Assembly (NCBI GenBank): GCA_025934495.1
Contig: JAICXY010000001.1
Coordinates: forward strand, 1,320 to 65,319
Source of the DNA: Candidatus Nitrosocosmicus sp.
GTDB taxonomy: Archaea; Thermoproteota; Nitrososphaeria; Nitrososphaerales; Nitrososphaeraceae
Direction: 5' to 3'
Length of the DNA: 64,000 nucleotides
Of this stretch, positions 43,946-54,874 are shown in pieces. Under the pieces are notes generated by a model. It was not told the DNA's origin, ran no database searches, and worked only from the letters and a program-made list of their open reading frames with translations. Position numbers and translations under genes: made by a program. Position 1 is the stretch's first letter; every line of letters starts with the position of its first letter.

Positions 43946-44206
43946 AAAACTTGACACCAATTCGGTGGAATTAAGTTCAAAATGGTGTACGGGTTCGGTT
44001 AAATTATGTTGATGCTTAAGATTAAGTATAGAAAAACTCATTAGAGTCGTTATTTGACATATTGGCATTTGAATGTAAAAAGTGTGATAAACAGTTTGGA
44101 GAAAAAAATAAATTCTTATAATGTATAAATCAAACGAGAATATTTTTAAAAAGGTTTTAAAATATTAATAGATTTTTTGCTTATTTGTATAGAGTAAATA
44201 CTCATG

Positions 44207-44665
44207 TTATGATGATTTGGATATTTTATCAAGTAATCCCATAAGTTGAAAGATTTCCTCCTTAGAGAGTAATTCAAATTTTTTCTCAACATATTGCTTG
44301 TGCAATAATCTTGCTTTCTTTAATATTGGTTCTCCCTTGCTTGTATTTTTTATCATGATTATTCTTCTATCATATTTAGATCTAATTCTTTCAACAAACC
44401 CTTTGTCTTCAAGACCATCAATCAATCCAGTCATTGCGCCAGGTGTGATGAGAATGCCATCAGTCAGTTTTCTCATTGGCAGTGGACCGGATTCATTTAA
44501 CATATGCAAAATTCTTAACTCTGCAAGAGAAAGTCCAGTTGGGTTGAGAGCCTTTTCAGCATCTCGATGCAAAACCCTATAGTTGTTTGATATAGATTTC
44601 CAAATCTCAATTGGATCAAGTCTATCGGATGAATTGGAGGTAGAGCTGCGTGTTAAACCATCCAT
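44207..44665 (-). CDS. MarR family transcriptional regulator
   Basis: GLSLAELRIL, MTGLIDGLEDKGFVER and DRR motifs. Confidence 0.93.
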   Translation of the reverse strand: MDGLTRSSTSNSSDRLDPIEIWKSISNNYRVLHRDAEKALNPTGLSLAELRILHMLNESGPLPMRKLTDGILITPGAMTGLIDGLEDKGFVERIRSKYDRRIIMIKNTSKGEPILKKARLLHKQYVEKKFELLSKEEIFQLMGLLDKISKSS

Positions 44666-44773
44666 TTTCCTTCAGGTAATGGATTCAACTTTGACGTTCC
44701 TTAATCTCACTTTCTGAATGATTTATAACTTTTGATATGTTAACTATTATTTTATTTGTAGGAATATTATGAA

Positions 44774-46600
44774 TCATTCAGGTTTTTCCTTTGAATATTT
44801 TCTTTCTGGTAGATGGTTCGATTTATTGTTTTTAGTACTATTTAGTTCATTTTTATTATATATTGGCTGTGGAGTATTTACTTTATTTTTCTTCGATTCA
44901 ATATCATGAATAAATACTTTCCCACGGAGAGCGGCTGATAATGCACTACATATTGATAATCCGGCACCAATATAGAACGAGTAATCGAGTGCAGACATAA
45001 AAGAAGGCGCTGTTGCGTTTGGAAAGAACGATGCCCCGCTTATAGTAGTCTTGAGGCCTTCAGGCATGGTATTGATTATGTATGAAGGTATATTATTTAG
45101 AATGACAACCATGGGATTGTATCCAAGGAAATCTGCAAACAATGCAACTGTAGGAGGAATTTTAGTTAGAAAAGGTGCCAGATGTAAAGCCCCTGCATCT
45201 GCCATACTTTGGTTAAGAGCAGAAGGTAGTGAACCGGCCAAAGCATTTATAATAATTGTAAAAAATAATGCAATGCTAACTGTTTGTCCTGTGATATTAA
45301 GAGTAGCATTAATACCTGAAGCTGAACCTCTGTGTTGAGGTGGAACAGAATTCATAAGTGATGCTGTATTGGGTGCAGCAAACATCCCTCCACCAATACC
45401 CATGGCAAATATTATTGCTGCAAAAGTGGGAAATTCAAAGTTATAAGGAAGAAGAGTTAGTAATACAAAAGATACAGCAGTTATAATCATTCCAAGGGTC
45501 GAGAGAAATCTTGCTCCAGTACGATCGGATAACCACCCACTCAGAGGTCCCATAATTGCAAAGCCAATAAGCATTGGTGTCAAGTAAATACCAGACCAGA
45601 AAGGTGTAGATTCATAGCTGTATCCATGAAGGGGAAGCCATATCCCTTGAAGCAATACGATCAGGACTATCATGGTGCCGCCACGACCAACAGAGCTCAA
45701 GAAGTTGGAGATGCTTGCTGCAGCAAACATTCGAATTTTGAAAAGTTCTAGATGAAACATTGGTTGCTGAATGCGCTTCTCTATAAGAGGAAATGCAAAA
45801 AGTAAAGCAGCTCCGAATACAAGACTTGCAATCACCAATGGATTGTTCCATCCCATAGATGAGGTATCGTATGGCAAGAGGCCATATGTTATTCCGATAA
45901 GGATCATCGTTAAGCCTATTCCAAAAGTAGCTGTTCCCCAAAAATCCAGTTTCTTATTTTTATTGATTTTTGATTTCTCTTTGAGCTTCCAATAAGACCA
46001 TAATGTACCTAGTATACCCACGGGCACGCTCACCAAAAATACAAATCTCCAATCAAATGCTGCAAGAATCCCTCCTAATATAAATCCTAATAAGGAGCCA
46101 ACTAAATTTGCCACTTGATTTATGCCTAATGCCTTTCCTCTTTCATTTACAGGAAAGGCATCCGTAAGAATTGCTGTACTATTTGAAAATATAAAAGCTG
46201 CACCTATACCTTGAATTATTCTAAATAAAACAATCTCCGATGCACCCAATGTCCCTGTGCTAGGTACAAGATAAAGCATAATGGAACCAGCTGTAAATAC
46301 TGCAAATCCTAAATTGAATAATCTTACCCTGCCAAAAATATCCGAAATTCTACCAAACATCATGAGTAATACTGATGTAACTATGGAGAATCCAAAGAGC
46401 GTCCAAAGTAGGTATTGAAAAGCATCAGGAGCAAGTGGATCAAGACCAATACCTCGAAAAATGGAAGGAAGTGATATCAATACAATGTTAGTATTGATGG
46501 TGGCCATCAAAACTCCCATTGTAGTATTGGAAAGAGCAATCCATTTGTATTGAATCATATACTTTACAGCTAAACTATTTTCTTTTAAATATTTTCCCAC
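44774..46600 (-). CDS. MFS drug:H+ antiporter (DHA2, EmrB/QacA-like)
   Basis: GRISDIFGR, RIIQGIG, LGGIL..WRFVFLV and LSDRTG motifs; about 14 TM helices. Confidence 0.92.
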   Translation of the reverse strand: MGKYLKENSLAVKYMIQYKWIALSNTTMGVLMATINTNIVLISLPSIFRGIGLDPLAPDAFQYLLWTLFGFSIVTSVLLMMFGRISDIFGRVRLFNLGFAVFTAGSIMLYLVPSTGTLGASEIVLFRIIQGIGAAFIFSNSTAILTDAFPVNERGKALGINQVANLVGSLLGFILGGILAAFDWRFVFLVSVPVGILGTLWSYWKLKEKSKINKNKKLDFWGTATFGIGLTMILIGITYGLLPYDTSSMGWNNPLVIASLVFGAALLFAFPLIEKRIQQPMFHLELFKIRMFAAASISNFLSSVGRGGTMIVLIVLLQGIWLPLHGYSYESTPFWSGIYLTPMLIGFAIMGPLSGWLSDRTGARFLSTLGMIITAVSFVLLTLLPYNFEFPTFAAIIFAMGIGGGMFAAPNTASLMNSVPPQHRGSASGINATLNITGQTVSIALFFTIIINALAGSLPSALNQSMADAGALHLAPFLTKIPPTVALFADFLGYNPMVVILNNIPSYIINTMPEGLKTTISGASFFPNATAPSFMSALDYSFYIGAGLSICSALSAALRGKVFIHDIESKKNKVNTPQPIYNKNELNSTKNNKSNHLPERKYSKEKPE

Positions 46601-46624
46601 TTAATTATGTAATGATCATTAATA

Positions 46625-47050
46625 CTAATTCCAATTCAAAATATAATGGACCCAATTGATGGATTCGAAAAATAGTATTGCTGCACTAAAAGTGGCTATT
46701 AATCTTGCAAAAGATTACGATGCAAATTTACAAATAATACATATTTTGTTAATAACATCATCTTGTCGGCATTAATGCTGAGGGTTATGATAGTCTTCAA
46801 GCAATCTACCAAACCACATTAAAGATGCAGATAACATTATCAATGAGGCTTTAATCTAAATAAAAAACAAGAAGTAAGAGCCCACTAATATTGTACAAAG
46901 AACTCAATAGTCAAAGCAATCATAGAAAAAGCTGCTTCATTTAAAGTGGATCTCATAGTAATAGGAACAAGAGGGATTAAAGGTTTCAAGAGAATGTTTA
47001 TAGGAAGTGTATCAAGTCATGTACATCGCTCTGTCCTTGTAGCAGGATAA
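46625..47050 (+). pseudogene. Universal stress protein (UspA) pseudogene
   Basis: PIDG..NS.AAL.VAINLAK.Y.A and VDLIVIGTRGIKGFKRMFIGSVSSHV, broken by frameshifts. Confidence 0.85.
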
Positions 47051-48124
47051 TTTTTATAATATGAAAGGCATTTTAAAAATTGGAATAGTTTCGCTTTATC
47101 AGATAATAATTTGCCCATCAATTAACCCTTCGATGAGTTGTTTGAATATTCTTGATTCTATTTTCTTATATTCATTTTCCTATTACCATACTCTTTGGAA
47201 TAGATGCGATGAAAGACATTCAAACGGTCTTCCAAACTCATCAAATTTCTCTCCTAAATGAATCGTAAGAGCATATGTCCAAAGTGCCCCATCTTTGCAA
47301 TTCATTTCATGTGGTTTGATATCTTGTTGTTGGACATTGCAGAAATGTGTTGTAATCCGTTTGAATGGTTGCCATGTTATATTTACTCATTAGTAATTGA
47401 TATCTTTCCACAACTTCAACCAAACTGCTTGAGAATTTATAAATTTGTAAAATGGCTATAAAGTATTGTTCAAAGCTCATGAGATTATTTCTACAACAAT
47501 TTTAGCAATAGTAGGTATTACAATAGCTTTGAGATCTTTAGATTATGCACCAATAGTTATTATCAACAATGAAATGCTTAAAGAAAAAGACTCATTTTTA
47601 TCATCTCTTCCATGGATGCAACCATGCAAGCCTGGTTAAAATGGCTTTAAACATAATCATCTTCACAGATGCTTTTATATACATTAGATGATAAAGGAAG
47701 GATTAAAAAGATAAGATATTAGAGAGCTACTACAAAATTTTAATAAGTTAAAACAACTGAGATCGAATAGAACTCATCACAATCGTATTTCTTAATTGAA
47801 ATCTAGAAAACTAAACCTTGAACAAGAGATTAACTATCTTAGAGAAAAAGAGATAACTATGATGGTATAAATCATACAATGAATCAATTTATATCTTGAA
47901 CTAATATTACCGTATAAACTACTACATATGCACTTCTAACGAAATAGATTACTTCAGTATTATATACGGTATCCAATTATAAATATAGAGGTTATGTAGC
48001 GATCGAATGACTGACTCGTTAATTTCTAGTTGAATGACCAGTCCGAAATTAACAAAATCCAATAGTCTTTGAAAATGTATAACACATTTCCAGTCATGGG
48101 TATTGAATGGGTTTATTTGACTAA

Positions 48125-49249
48125 ATGCCTTTATATCATTTCCTCGTTCGGGCTATCATGTCGACATCCCAATTTATTTCCGAATCCCGAGGGCAGTACA
48201 AAACAAAGGCTTATGCTGCTGCAGATGCGAAATCTCAACTTAATCCAACTACGATCCCACGACGTGACCCCGGCCAAAACGACGTTCAGATCGAAATTCT
48301 TTTCTGCGGTATCTGTCACTCTGACCTTCACCAAGTCCGGAATGAGTGGAGTGCAATGCCAACTGTCTATCCATGTGTTCCTGGACATGAGATCGTTGGC
48401 CGTGTTATCAAGGTGGGCTCCGCAGTCACAAAGTTTAAGCCCGGCGATCTTGCTGCAGTCGGCTGCATGGTTGATTCTGATGGTAATTGCTCTCAGTGTC
48501 ATGTCGGTCTCGAACAATTCTGCCCTAATATGACCTTAACATACAACTCTCCAGATAAACACATTGGAGGTGTAACATATGGAGGCTATTCTGATAATAT
48601 TGTCGTCAAAGAGCACTTTGTCCTTCACGTTCCCACAAATCTAAATCTTGCCGGAGTCGCTCCTCTATTATGTGCCGGAATTACAACCTACTCACCTATA
48701 CGTCACTGGGGTGTCACTAAAGGAAAAAAGGTAGGTGTAATAGGTCTTGGAGGTCTAGGTCATATGGCCGTAAAGTTTGCTCATGCGCTTGGAGCCTATA
48801 TAGTAGTCTTTACCACTTCACCCAACAAGAAAGAAGATGCGCATCGTCTAGGTGCAGATGATGTGATAGTCACGCAAGATACCGATCAGATGAGTAAGCA
48901 CACAGGCAGCTTCGACTTCATCCTCGACACAGTATCTGCAGAACACGACATTAACATATACCTACAATTACTTCGTCCCGACGGCAACCTCACCATTGTC
49001 GGTGCACCAGATAAGCCTCATGCTATCTCGGCCATGAGCCTTCTATTTAATCGCCGCAGTCTCTCTGGCTCGCTTATAGGTGGTATTGCTGAAACACAGG
49101 AGATGCTCGACTTTTGTAGTAAACATAACATCACTGCAGACGTAGAAGTTATCCCCATCCAGAAGGTCAACGAGGCTTACGAGAGACTGTTGCGTGCAGA
49201 TGTAAAGTATCGCTTCTCCATTGATATGACCTCTTTCAAATCAAGGTAA
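48125..49249 (+). CDS. Zn-dependent NAD(P) alcohol dehydrogenase (CAD/YahK-like)
   Basis: CGICHSD, GHEIVG, structural-Zn Cys cluster, LLCAGITT and GLGGLGH; alternative ATG at 48158. Confidence 0.95.
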   Translation: MPLYHFLVRAIMSTSQFISESRGQYKTKAYAAADAKSQLNPTTIPRRDPGQNDVQIEILFCGICHSDLHQVRNEWSAMPTVYPCVPGHEIVGRVIKVGSAVTKFKPGDLAAVGCMVDSDGNCSQCHVGLEQFCPNMTLTYNSPDKHIGGVTYGGYSDNIVVKEHFVLHVPTNLNLAGVAPLLCAGITTYSPIRHWGVTKGKKVGVIGLGGLGHMAVKFAHALGAYIVVFTTSPNKKEDAHRLGADDVIVTQDTDQMSKHTGSFDFILDTVSAEHDINIYLQLLRPDGNLTIVGAPDKPHAISAMSLLFNRRSLSGSLIGGIAETQEMLDFCSKHNITADVEVIPIQKVNEAYERLLRADVKYRFSIDMTSFKSR

Positions 49250-49949
49250 CACCGTAAAGACGTTTGCTTATATTAATCTAAGGATTGAATGTTACTAGCC
49301 TAATTTCTTTATTGACCATATTGAAACATACTAATTTTATTTCTGCATGGACTATCCTCAAATAAAAAAAAGGAACAGTTTGGTCAAACATCAAGGCCTT
49401 TTGAGTAACAGATCACGGTTTAAATTCTGCACTTTGCTCAGCTTTCACTTTTGTTGAATCGGTCACATTAATATGTATATTTCATTTACTATCACAATTT
49501 CAATCACTCAAATTAATAGATAATTTGATAATAAAGAGAAGGTGATAATACAAGTGGATGACTGATGATTTAGTGAGACATCTTCCTGATTTTACAGTTA
49601 CAATAGAAGATTGGTGTAGATTTGATTTATCGTATTGCAATTTATATCAAAAAAGTTATTTACTTGATGATTGTTTACCTTAAAAAAGAGAAAATTGTAA
49701 GTGAAATGCATTTATTCGATAGATAAATGCATTTATATTTCTATATAAGATAGTAGCCGGTTAAATGAATAGACAATTAAAATAATTAAATTGAATTCTT
49801 TAACCAGACGATAAAATATGTAAAAAATCATACACAATTTAAATTCGTATTTAAAAATAAATTGCTGTAAAAGCAAATGAAAATATGCAAATAATAGAAG
49901 ACAAAAAGATCTATAACTCTATACATGAAATTGTAGAACCGTCACATAT

Positions 49950-50210
49950 GGCATTAGTTGTATGAGATGTACAGAAAATGCTTGTTGATTCTATTTTCAA
50001 CGAAGAAGAGTTTATGAAAAGCATTAATTTTTTAATTGAATCTGCAAGAAAATCAAAGATCTCAATATTTTATACTGCAATAGAAATGCTGCCTTTAAAG
50101 TATGAATCTCCATCAAGACTTTATACATACACTAAACTGTTTTCCAGTTATCAAAGATTTTTCTCAACTTAATTACCATGAAGGTTTGTTGTTACCGTCT
50201 GTTAAAAAGA
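49950..50210 (+). pseudogene. Isochorismatase/cysteine hydrolase 5' fragment
   Basis: ALVV*DVQKMLVDSIFN..LIESARKSKISIFYT; truncated. Confidence 0.6.
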
Positions 50211-50305
50211 ACCCGCAATTAATCTTTGGATCATAACGGAATAATATTATATCCTAAAGACTTTTTGCTACAATAGTATTATGAAATTAAAGGATAAAAT
50301 TAATA

Positions 50306-51622
50306 TTATTTATTGTTTATTTCAAAGTTAATTGGCAAATGTTCTATACCATGTATTATCATACTATTAACAGGGGTAACCGAGCCTGCTTTTGCTGTAT
50401 CTAATTCAATATCTTTAAGCATTTTTAAAAGTACTTTTAGAACTACCTGAGCTTCCAATCGTGCTAGTGGTGCACCTATACACAGGTGTATTCCTGCACC
50501 AAAACCAATATGGTTGATAAGATTACGAGTTATATCAAATTGTTCTGCATTAGTAAAAATGGTTTCATCCCTATTGGCCGAGCCGATCCATAGAATGACC
50601 CTTTTACCTTTCTTCAATTGCATCTTTTCTTCTCCCTTTCCCATTTCAATATCTTTAGTCACTATTCTGGATAGGAACTGCACAGGAGATTTATATCGAA
50701 GGGTCTCTTCTATAGTGGGTCTAATATATTCCGAAGGATTAGATTGCAATAACTTAAATTGTTTTGGATTTTCAAATAATGATAAAAAGATATTGCCAAT
50801 AAGATTTACCGTTGTGACATGCCCTGCCAATAACAATAAATTACAAAAACTAAGAATATCTTCTCGAGATAATACAAAAGAATCTTTCGTTTTTTGTTGT
50901 TGTATTTGTGTTAATTCTCCTTCTTTATTGGCATCATTCTGTACATCATTATCGTTTACATTTAGAACTGATGATTTTATGAGCCCGCTAATTAAATCAT
51001 TTTTAGGATCTCTTTTTTTTATATCTATAATCGAAATAAAGTAAGAGTTCATCTCCTGCTTTAATTTATAATTATTTTCAAATACTTCCTGCGAATTTTT
51101 GTTTAGGAGGATGGATAAACTTATAATCTGATCTGCCCATTTTTTAAATTTATGGTGATCTTCATTGGGAATGCCTAAAAGCTCTGCTATAATTATTACA
51201 GGTAAAGGGTATGCAAGATCCTGAATTAGATCCATGTTTTTGTTTTGAATTACTTTTTCTAAAAGATCATGTGTAATTTTTTCTATTTTAGGCTCTAGCA
51301 TGGATATTTGTCTGGGATTAAAAGCCTCTGAAATGCTATTTCGAAGGTTTCTATGCCTTGGAGGATCAGAGGTTATTAGACTTGGACCAATTGGGGATGA
51401 AGCTTGAAATTTTGTGAATGAATCAGCATTTGTGCTATTAAACCATTTTGTAAAATCAGATGAAAAGTTTTTGAAATCTGTAAAACATTTGGATATATCA
51501 TTATATCGGAAAATACCATATACATCATTTACTTCATCATATTCTATTGGATGTTTTTTTCTCATCATTGCATAAAAATCAAAAGGATTCAGTCTTTGTG
51601 TTGGTGATGGAAAAATATTCAT
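50306..51622 (-). CDS. Cytochrome P450
   Basis: DPPRHRNLR, I-helix AGHVTT, EETLR, WIGSANRDE and heme-thiolate FGAGIHLCIG. Confidence 0.97.
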   Translation of the reverse strand: MNIFPSPTQRLNPFDFYAMMRKKHPIEYDEVNDVYGIFRYNDISKCFTDFKNFSSDFTKWFNSTNADSFTKFQASSPIGPSLITSDPPRHRNLRNSISEAFNPRQISMLEPKIEKITHDLLEKVIQNKNMDLIQDLAYPLPVIIIAELLGIPNEDHHKFKKWADQIISLSILLNKNSQEVFENNYKLKQEMNSYFISIIDIKKRDPKNDLISGLIKSSVLNVNDNDVQNDANKEGELTQIQQQKTKDSFVLSREDILSFCNLLLLAGHVTTVNLIGNIFLSLFENPKQFKLLQSNPSEYIRPTIEETLRYKSPVQFLSRIVTKDIEMGKGEEKMQLKKGKRVILWIGSANRDETIFTNAEQFDITRNLINHIGFGAGIHLCIGAPLARLEAQVVLKVLLKMLKDIELDTAKAGSVTPVNSMIIHGIEHLPINFEINNK

Positions 51623-52059
51623 ACATCCATATACCTTATAAAATATATATAGTATGCTAATTATTTGATACTGATTATTAGTATCTAAATATATAATTAT
51701 ATGGACTAAAGGGTGTCAGCTTTTTTATCAAATGTATTTATTTTAATGATGGATTCTTTTATTGCTAAAGTGTCATTTGAGGCACTGCAATGTCGCCATC
51801 ATTTGATAGACAAGAAATTATACAACCCAAAAATAATGTACAAGATTCTTGGAAATTTTGGTCCCCAGACAATAACGATGATGATGAAATAATGTTAAAA
51901 AACGGATCATTTGCCCGGATTCTAAATGATTCCTATAAGGATATAGCAAAATGTATGTTTGATTCTTCTATATTACCTACAATAAAATCCGTAAGTTAAA
52001 TGAGAGATGGCGATATGCTAAATACCACCATTTGGTTACCATCCAAGATACTAGAAAAT

Positions 52060-52275
52060 CATTTACTTAAAAATGATCTCAATGAAACTAACCTTAATCT
52101 ATAATTCTAAACAAAAGATAAAAGGAATTCCAAATGTGTTTGAAGGAGCATTTGATCATTCAAATGACAAAATGAACATACATTGCTACCAAAAGAAGAC
52201 CGGAAAACAGTTTATTGATTTTCTAAAAAGTGTAAAAAAAAGGTACGGTAATAATATATAAAATATCTTTCTAGT
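52060..52275 (+). pseudogene. IS630-family transposase internal remnant
   Basis: NVFEGAFD..NDKMNIHCYQKKTGKQFIDFLK..NIFLV, cut by an IS6 end. Confidence 0.6.
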
Positions 52276-52460
52276 ATACTATGTTAACTTAAGATAATCT
52301 TTCTCCATTTTGTTAATCAATGAATAGATAAAACTACTGTCTTAGATGTTTTAATTTACATTTCTTTCTTTTGAATGTAAAATAGGCATCAAACCCTTCT
52401 GTTCTATCCTTTATGTATTGGATTGAATAGTCATTTCGATAATGCTTTTCTCTAGGTCAT
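52276..52460 (-). mobile_element. IS6-family 3' remnant
   Basis: EKSIIE.TIQYIKDRTEGFDAYF..KKCKLKHL..FYLFID; end ..tatgttaacttaag. Confidence 0.7.
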
Positions 52461-52897
52461 AAGATGATTTGCGATTGCCCATACTTGTAATTGGATGATG
52501 TAAAAGCTGTGCTTATGGTTTCATCCATTACCTAATCTGCCTTTTTAAGATAAAATCAATGCTGTAGTAGTATCATGATTCTTATATATCAATATTATCT
52601 TACCTCAATAACCGTATATAGGCCAAACAAGATACTTGTCAAATCAACAGATAAACTTGTAGGAAAACAAGTGCTACAAAAATATGTCCTTGTCATCTTT
52701 TCTTAATTTTTTCAATATAATATACAGCTCAATAGTTGTATAGAAGTTAAATTTTATAATATGATCTATCTCTCATTATCTTTACATATGCTTTATACTT
52801 TTTCAGCCATCGATATTTGAATATCATCAAGTATTGTTAATTGATCTATTTCCTATTACCATAAACAAAAAAATATCTATCTAATTACAAACATATT

Positions 52898-53941
52898 ATG
52901 AATGGTGAAAAGGAGGTGAAAGATACATCGTTGCAAGGCTCATTTGCAGGTCAACGACCAACACGAGAGCGCGTAGGACTTGTAGTGGATGGAACGAATG
53001 CTGCAGCGGCAGTAACAACGATTGCTACAGCCGAAGCAGCAGGTGTGAGACAAATTTGGATGACACAGAGTCCTTCTAACCCCGATACATTAACGATATT
53101 TGCAGCATCAGTATCAGCATCAGCAGCAGCAGCAGCAGCAGCAGCAAAAACATCTACAATACGATTGGGAACTTCCATTGTTCCAACTTATCCACGTCAT
53201 CCATTAGCTCTGGCACAGCAGGCTTTAGCTATAAATGATATTGCACCAGGTAGACTTCGCCTTGGAATAGGTCCCAGTCATCGACCTATAATAGAGGGTG
53301 TATATGGTTTGCCACAGTCAACACCATTAGCTCATCTCCGAGAATATTTGCAGATACTACGTGCAGCTCTCTGGGAAGGAAAGGTCAATCATCAAGGGCG
53401 CTTTTTTAATGTTGTAGCCACAATGACACGTACAGCAAAGATTCCGTTGTTGATTTCTACATTAGGAGAGAAGGCATTTGAATTGGCTGGAGAAATCAGC
53501 GATGGTGCTATTTCATGGTTATGTCCTATCTCATATTTGCTTCAAACTGGAATGCCTGCATTACGTAAAGCATCAGCAGCTTCTAGCGGACGCTCCTCAG
53601 AGCCTCCATTAGTAGCACATGTACTAGTAGCCCTAAGCCAAGATGATCCTTTAATACTCGAAAAAGGACATCAAATGCTTAGTTTCTACGCAAAGCTTCC
53701 TTTTTATGCTAAAATGTTCACCGATGCAGGCTTCCCTATTACAGCTAAAGATGGTAATGAAACTATTGTGCCTGATGCCCTTGTGGATAATTTGATTATA
53801 TCAGGTAATGAATCTGAAGTGGCTGTACGGTTTAAAGAACTTTTGTCGACAGGCTTGGGCGAGCTGATGGTAACTCTTGTTCCTATAATAGATGCGATTG
53901 ATGAACAAACACGACTTATGCATTTGATAGGTGGACTCTAA
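52898..53941 (+). CDS. Luciferase-like (LLM) flavin/deazaflavin-dependent oxidoreductase
   Basis: TIRLGTSIVPTYPRHP..LAQQA, GRLRLGIGPSH and LAGEISDG motifs; contains a poly-Ala insertion. Confidence 0.9.
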   Translation: MNGEKEVKDTSLQGSFAGQRPTRERVGLVVDGTNAAAAVTTIATAEAAGVRQIWMTQSPSNPDTLTIFAASVSASAAAAAAAAKTSTIRLGTSIVPTYPRHPLALAQQALAINDIAPGRLRLGIGPSHRPIIEGVYGLPQSTPLAHLREYLQILRAALWEGKVNHQGRFFNVVATMTRTAKIPLLISTLGEKAFELAGEISDGAISWLCPISYLLQTGMPALRKASAASSGRSSEPPLVAHVLVALSQDDPLILEKGHQMLSFYAKLPFYAKMFTDAGFPITAKDGNETIVPDALVDNLIISGNESEVAVRFKELLSTGLGELMVTLVPIIDAIDEQTRLMHLIGGL

Positions 53942-54234
53942 ATTATCTATTAGTCAAAAAAAGGATTTACTTCAGCACTTTATTTTAAACAAACGGCAGA
54001 TCAAAAGAAATCAAAAGATTACAGTCAAATCCCATGTGACTAGCTGTATTGTAAATAAGATTGCTTTGTTATTATTAATAGGACACCTAGATATTACTTT
54101 GGCTGAACCAGCTTGAAAACATTATTACTTAAGGTTTTTGACTCTATGTTCTTTCCACAGATTTAAGCTATCATCTGAAGCATCGACCAGATATATTGAT
54201 AAGTATAATACATGGATCATTTTAAAATCAAATC

Positions 54235-54612
54235 TTGATTGACAGAGTATTATTTTATGTAACTGCTGCATCCACCTTTATAGGTGGTGTATCGCATCTC
54301 GCAATTATTCTTATGTTTTTTGCATTTACACCCGTGAATGTTATGATATTTTTTCTAGTCTCCGGTGCATGTCAATTGTTCTGGGTGATACCTGTTCTCA
54401 AGAGATGGAGCAATGTGTGGTATTATATCGGTATTGGTGGCACGGCTATCCTAATTGCGCTCTTTGTCATTGCAGTACCAGGTAGAGGATTACCGATAAG
54501 TGAATTAGAGATAGCAACAGAATTAGTTCAGATAGTTTTCATAATAGGTAGTATTATGATTGTGAAAGAAAGAAGAACAAAGGCTAAAATTGCCTCGGCT
54601 CGAGAGTCCTAG
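54235..54612 (+). CDS. Small membrane protein
   Basis: Four hydrophobic segments; GGVSHL, FFLVSG..QLFW and E.ATE..Q. Confidence 0.7.
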   Translation: MIDRVLFYVTAASTFIGGVSHLAIILMFFAFTPVNVMIFFLVSGACQLFWVIPVLKRWSNVWYYIGIGGTAILIALFVIAVPGRGLPISELEIATELVQIVFIIGSIMIVKERRTKAKIASARES

Positions 54613-54874
54613 AGCCATAGATATAATGGCACAAAATCTCGTCGTAGTCAAACAAGATACAGCGTTATATGAGACAACCTTCAAAATGTAATAATATTAG
54701 TCTAAATTGTAGATAATGGGTAGGGCTAATAGACCTTGTAAATAGGTTTTGACGGTTGGATGGTTCAGTTAATTGCAAAAATGACAACTAGAAAAAGAGA
54801 GTAATAGAATAAAAATAAAATATGACAAATACAATAATTATTTTTTAAAAAAACTTAAATCAAAAAGAAGACAT

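Noticed and set aside
47061-47740. ORFs 47061 and 47258 and minus-strand coding-like fragments
   Set aside because: Stop-ridden with no recognisable family.
48018-48053. 9-bp inverted repeat gttaatttc/gaaattaac upstream of ADH
   Set aside because: A single AT-rich instance that could arise by chance; no second copy was found.
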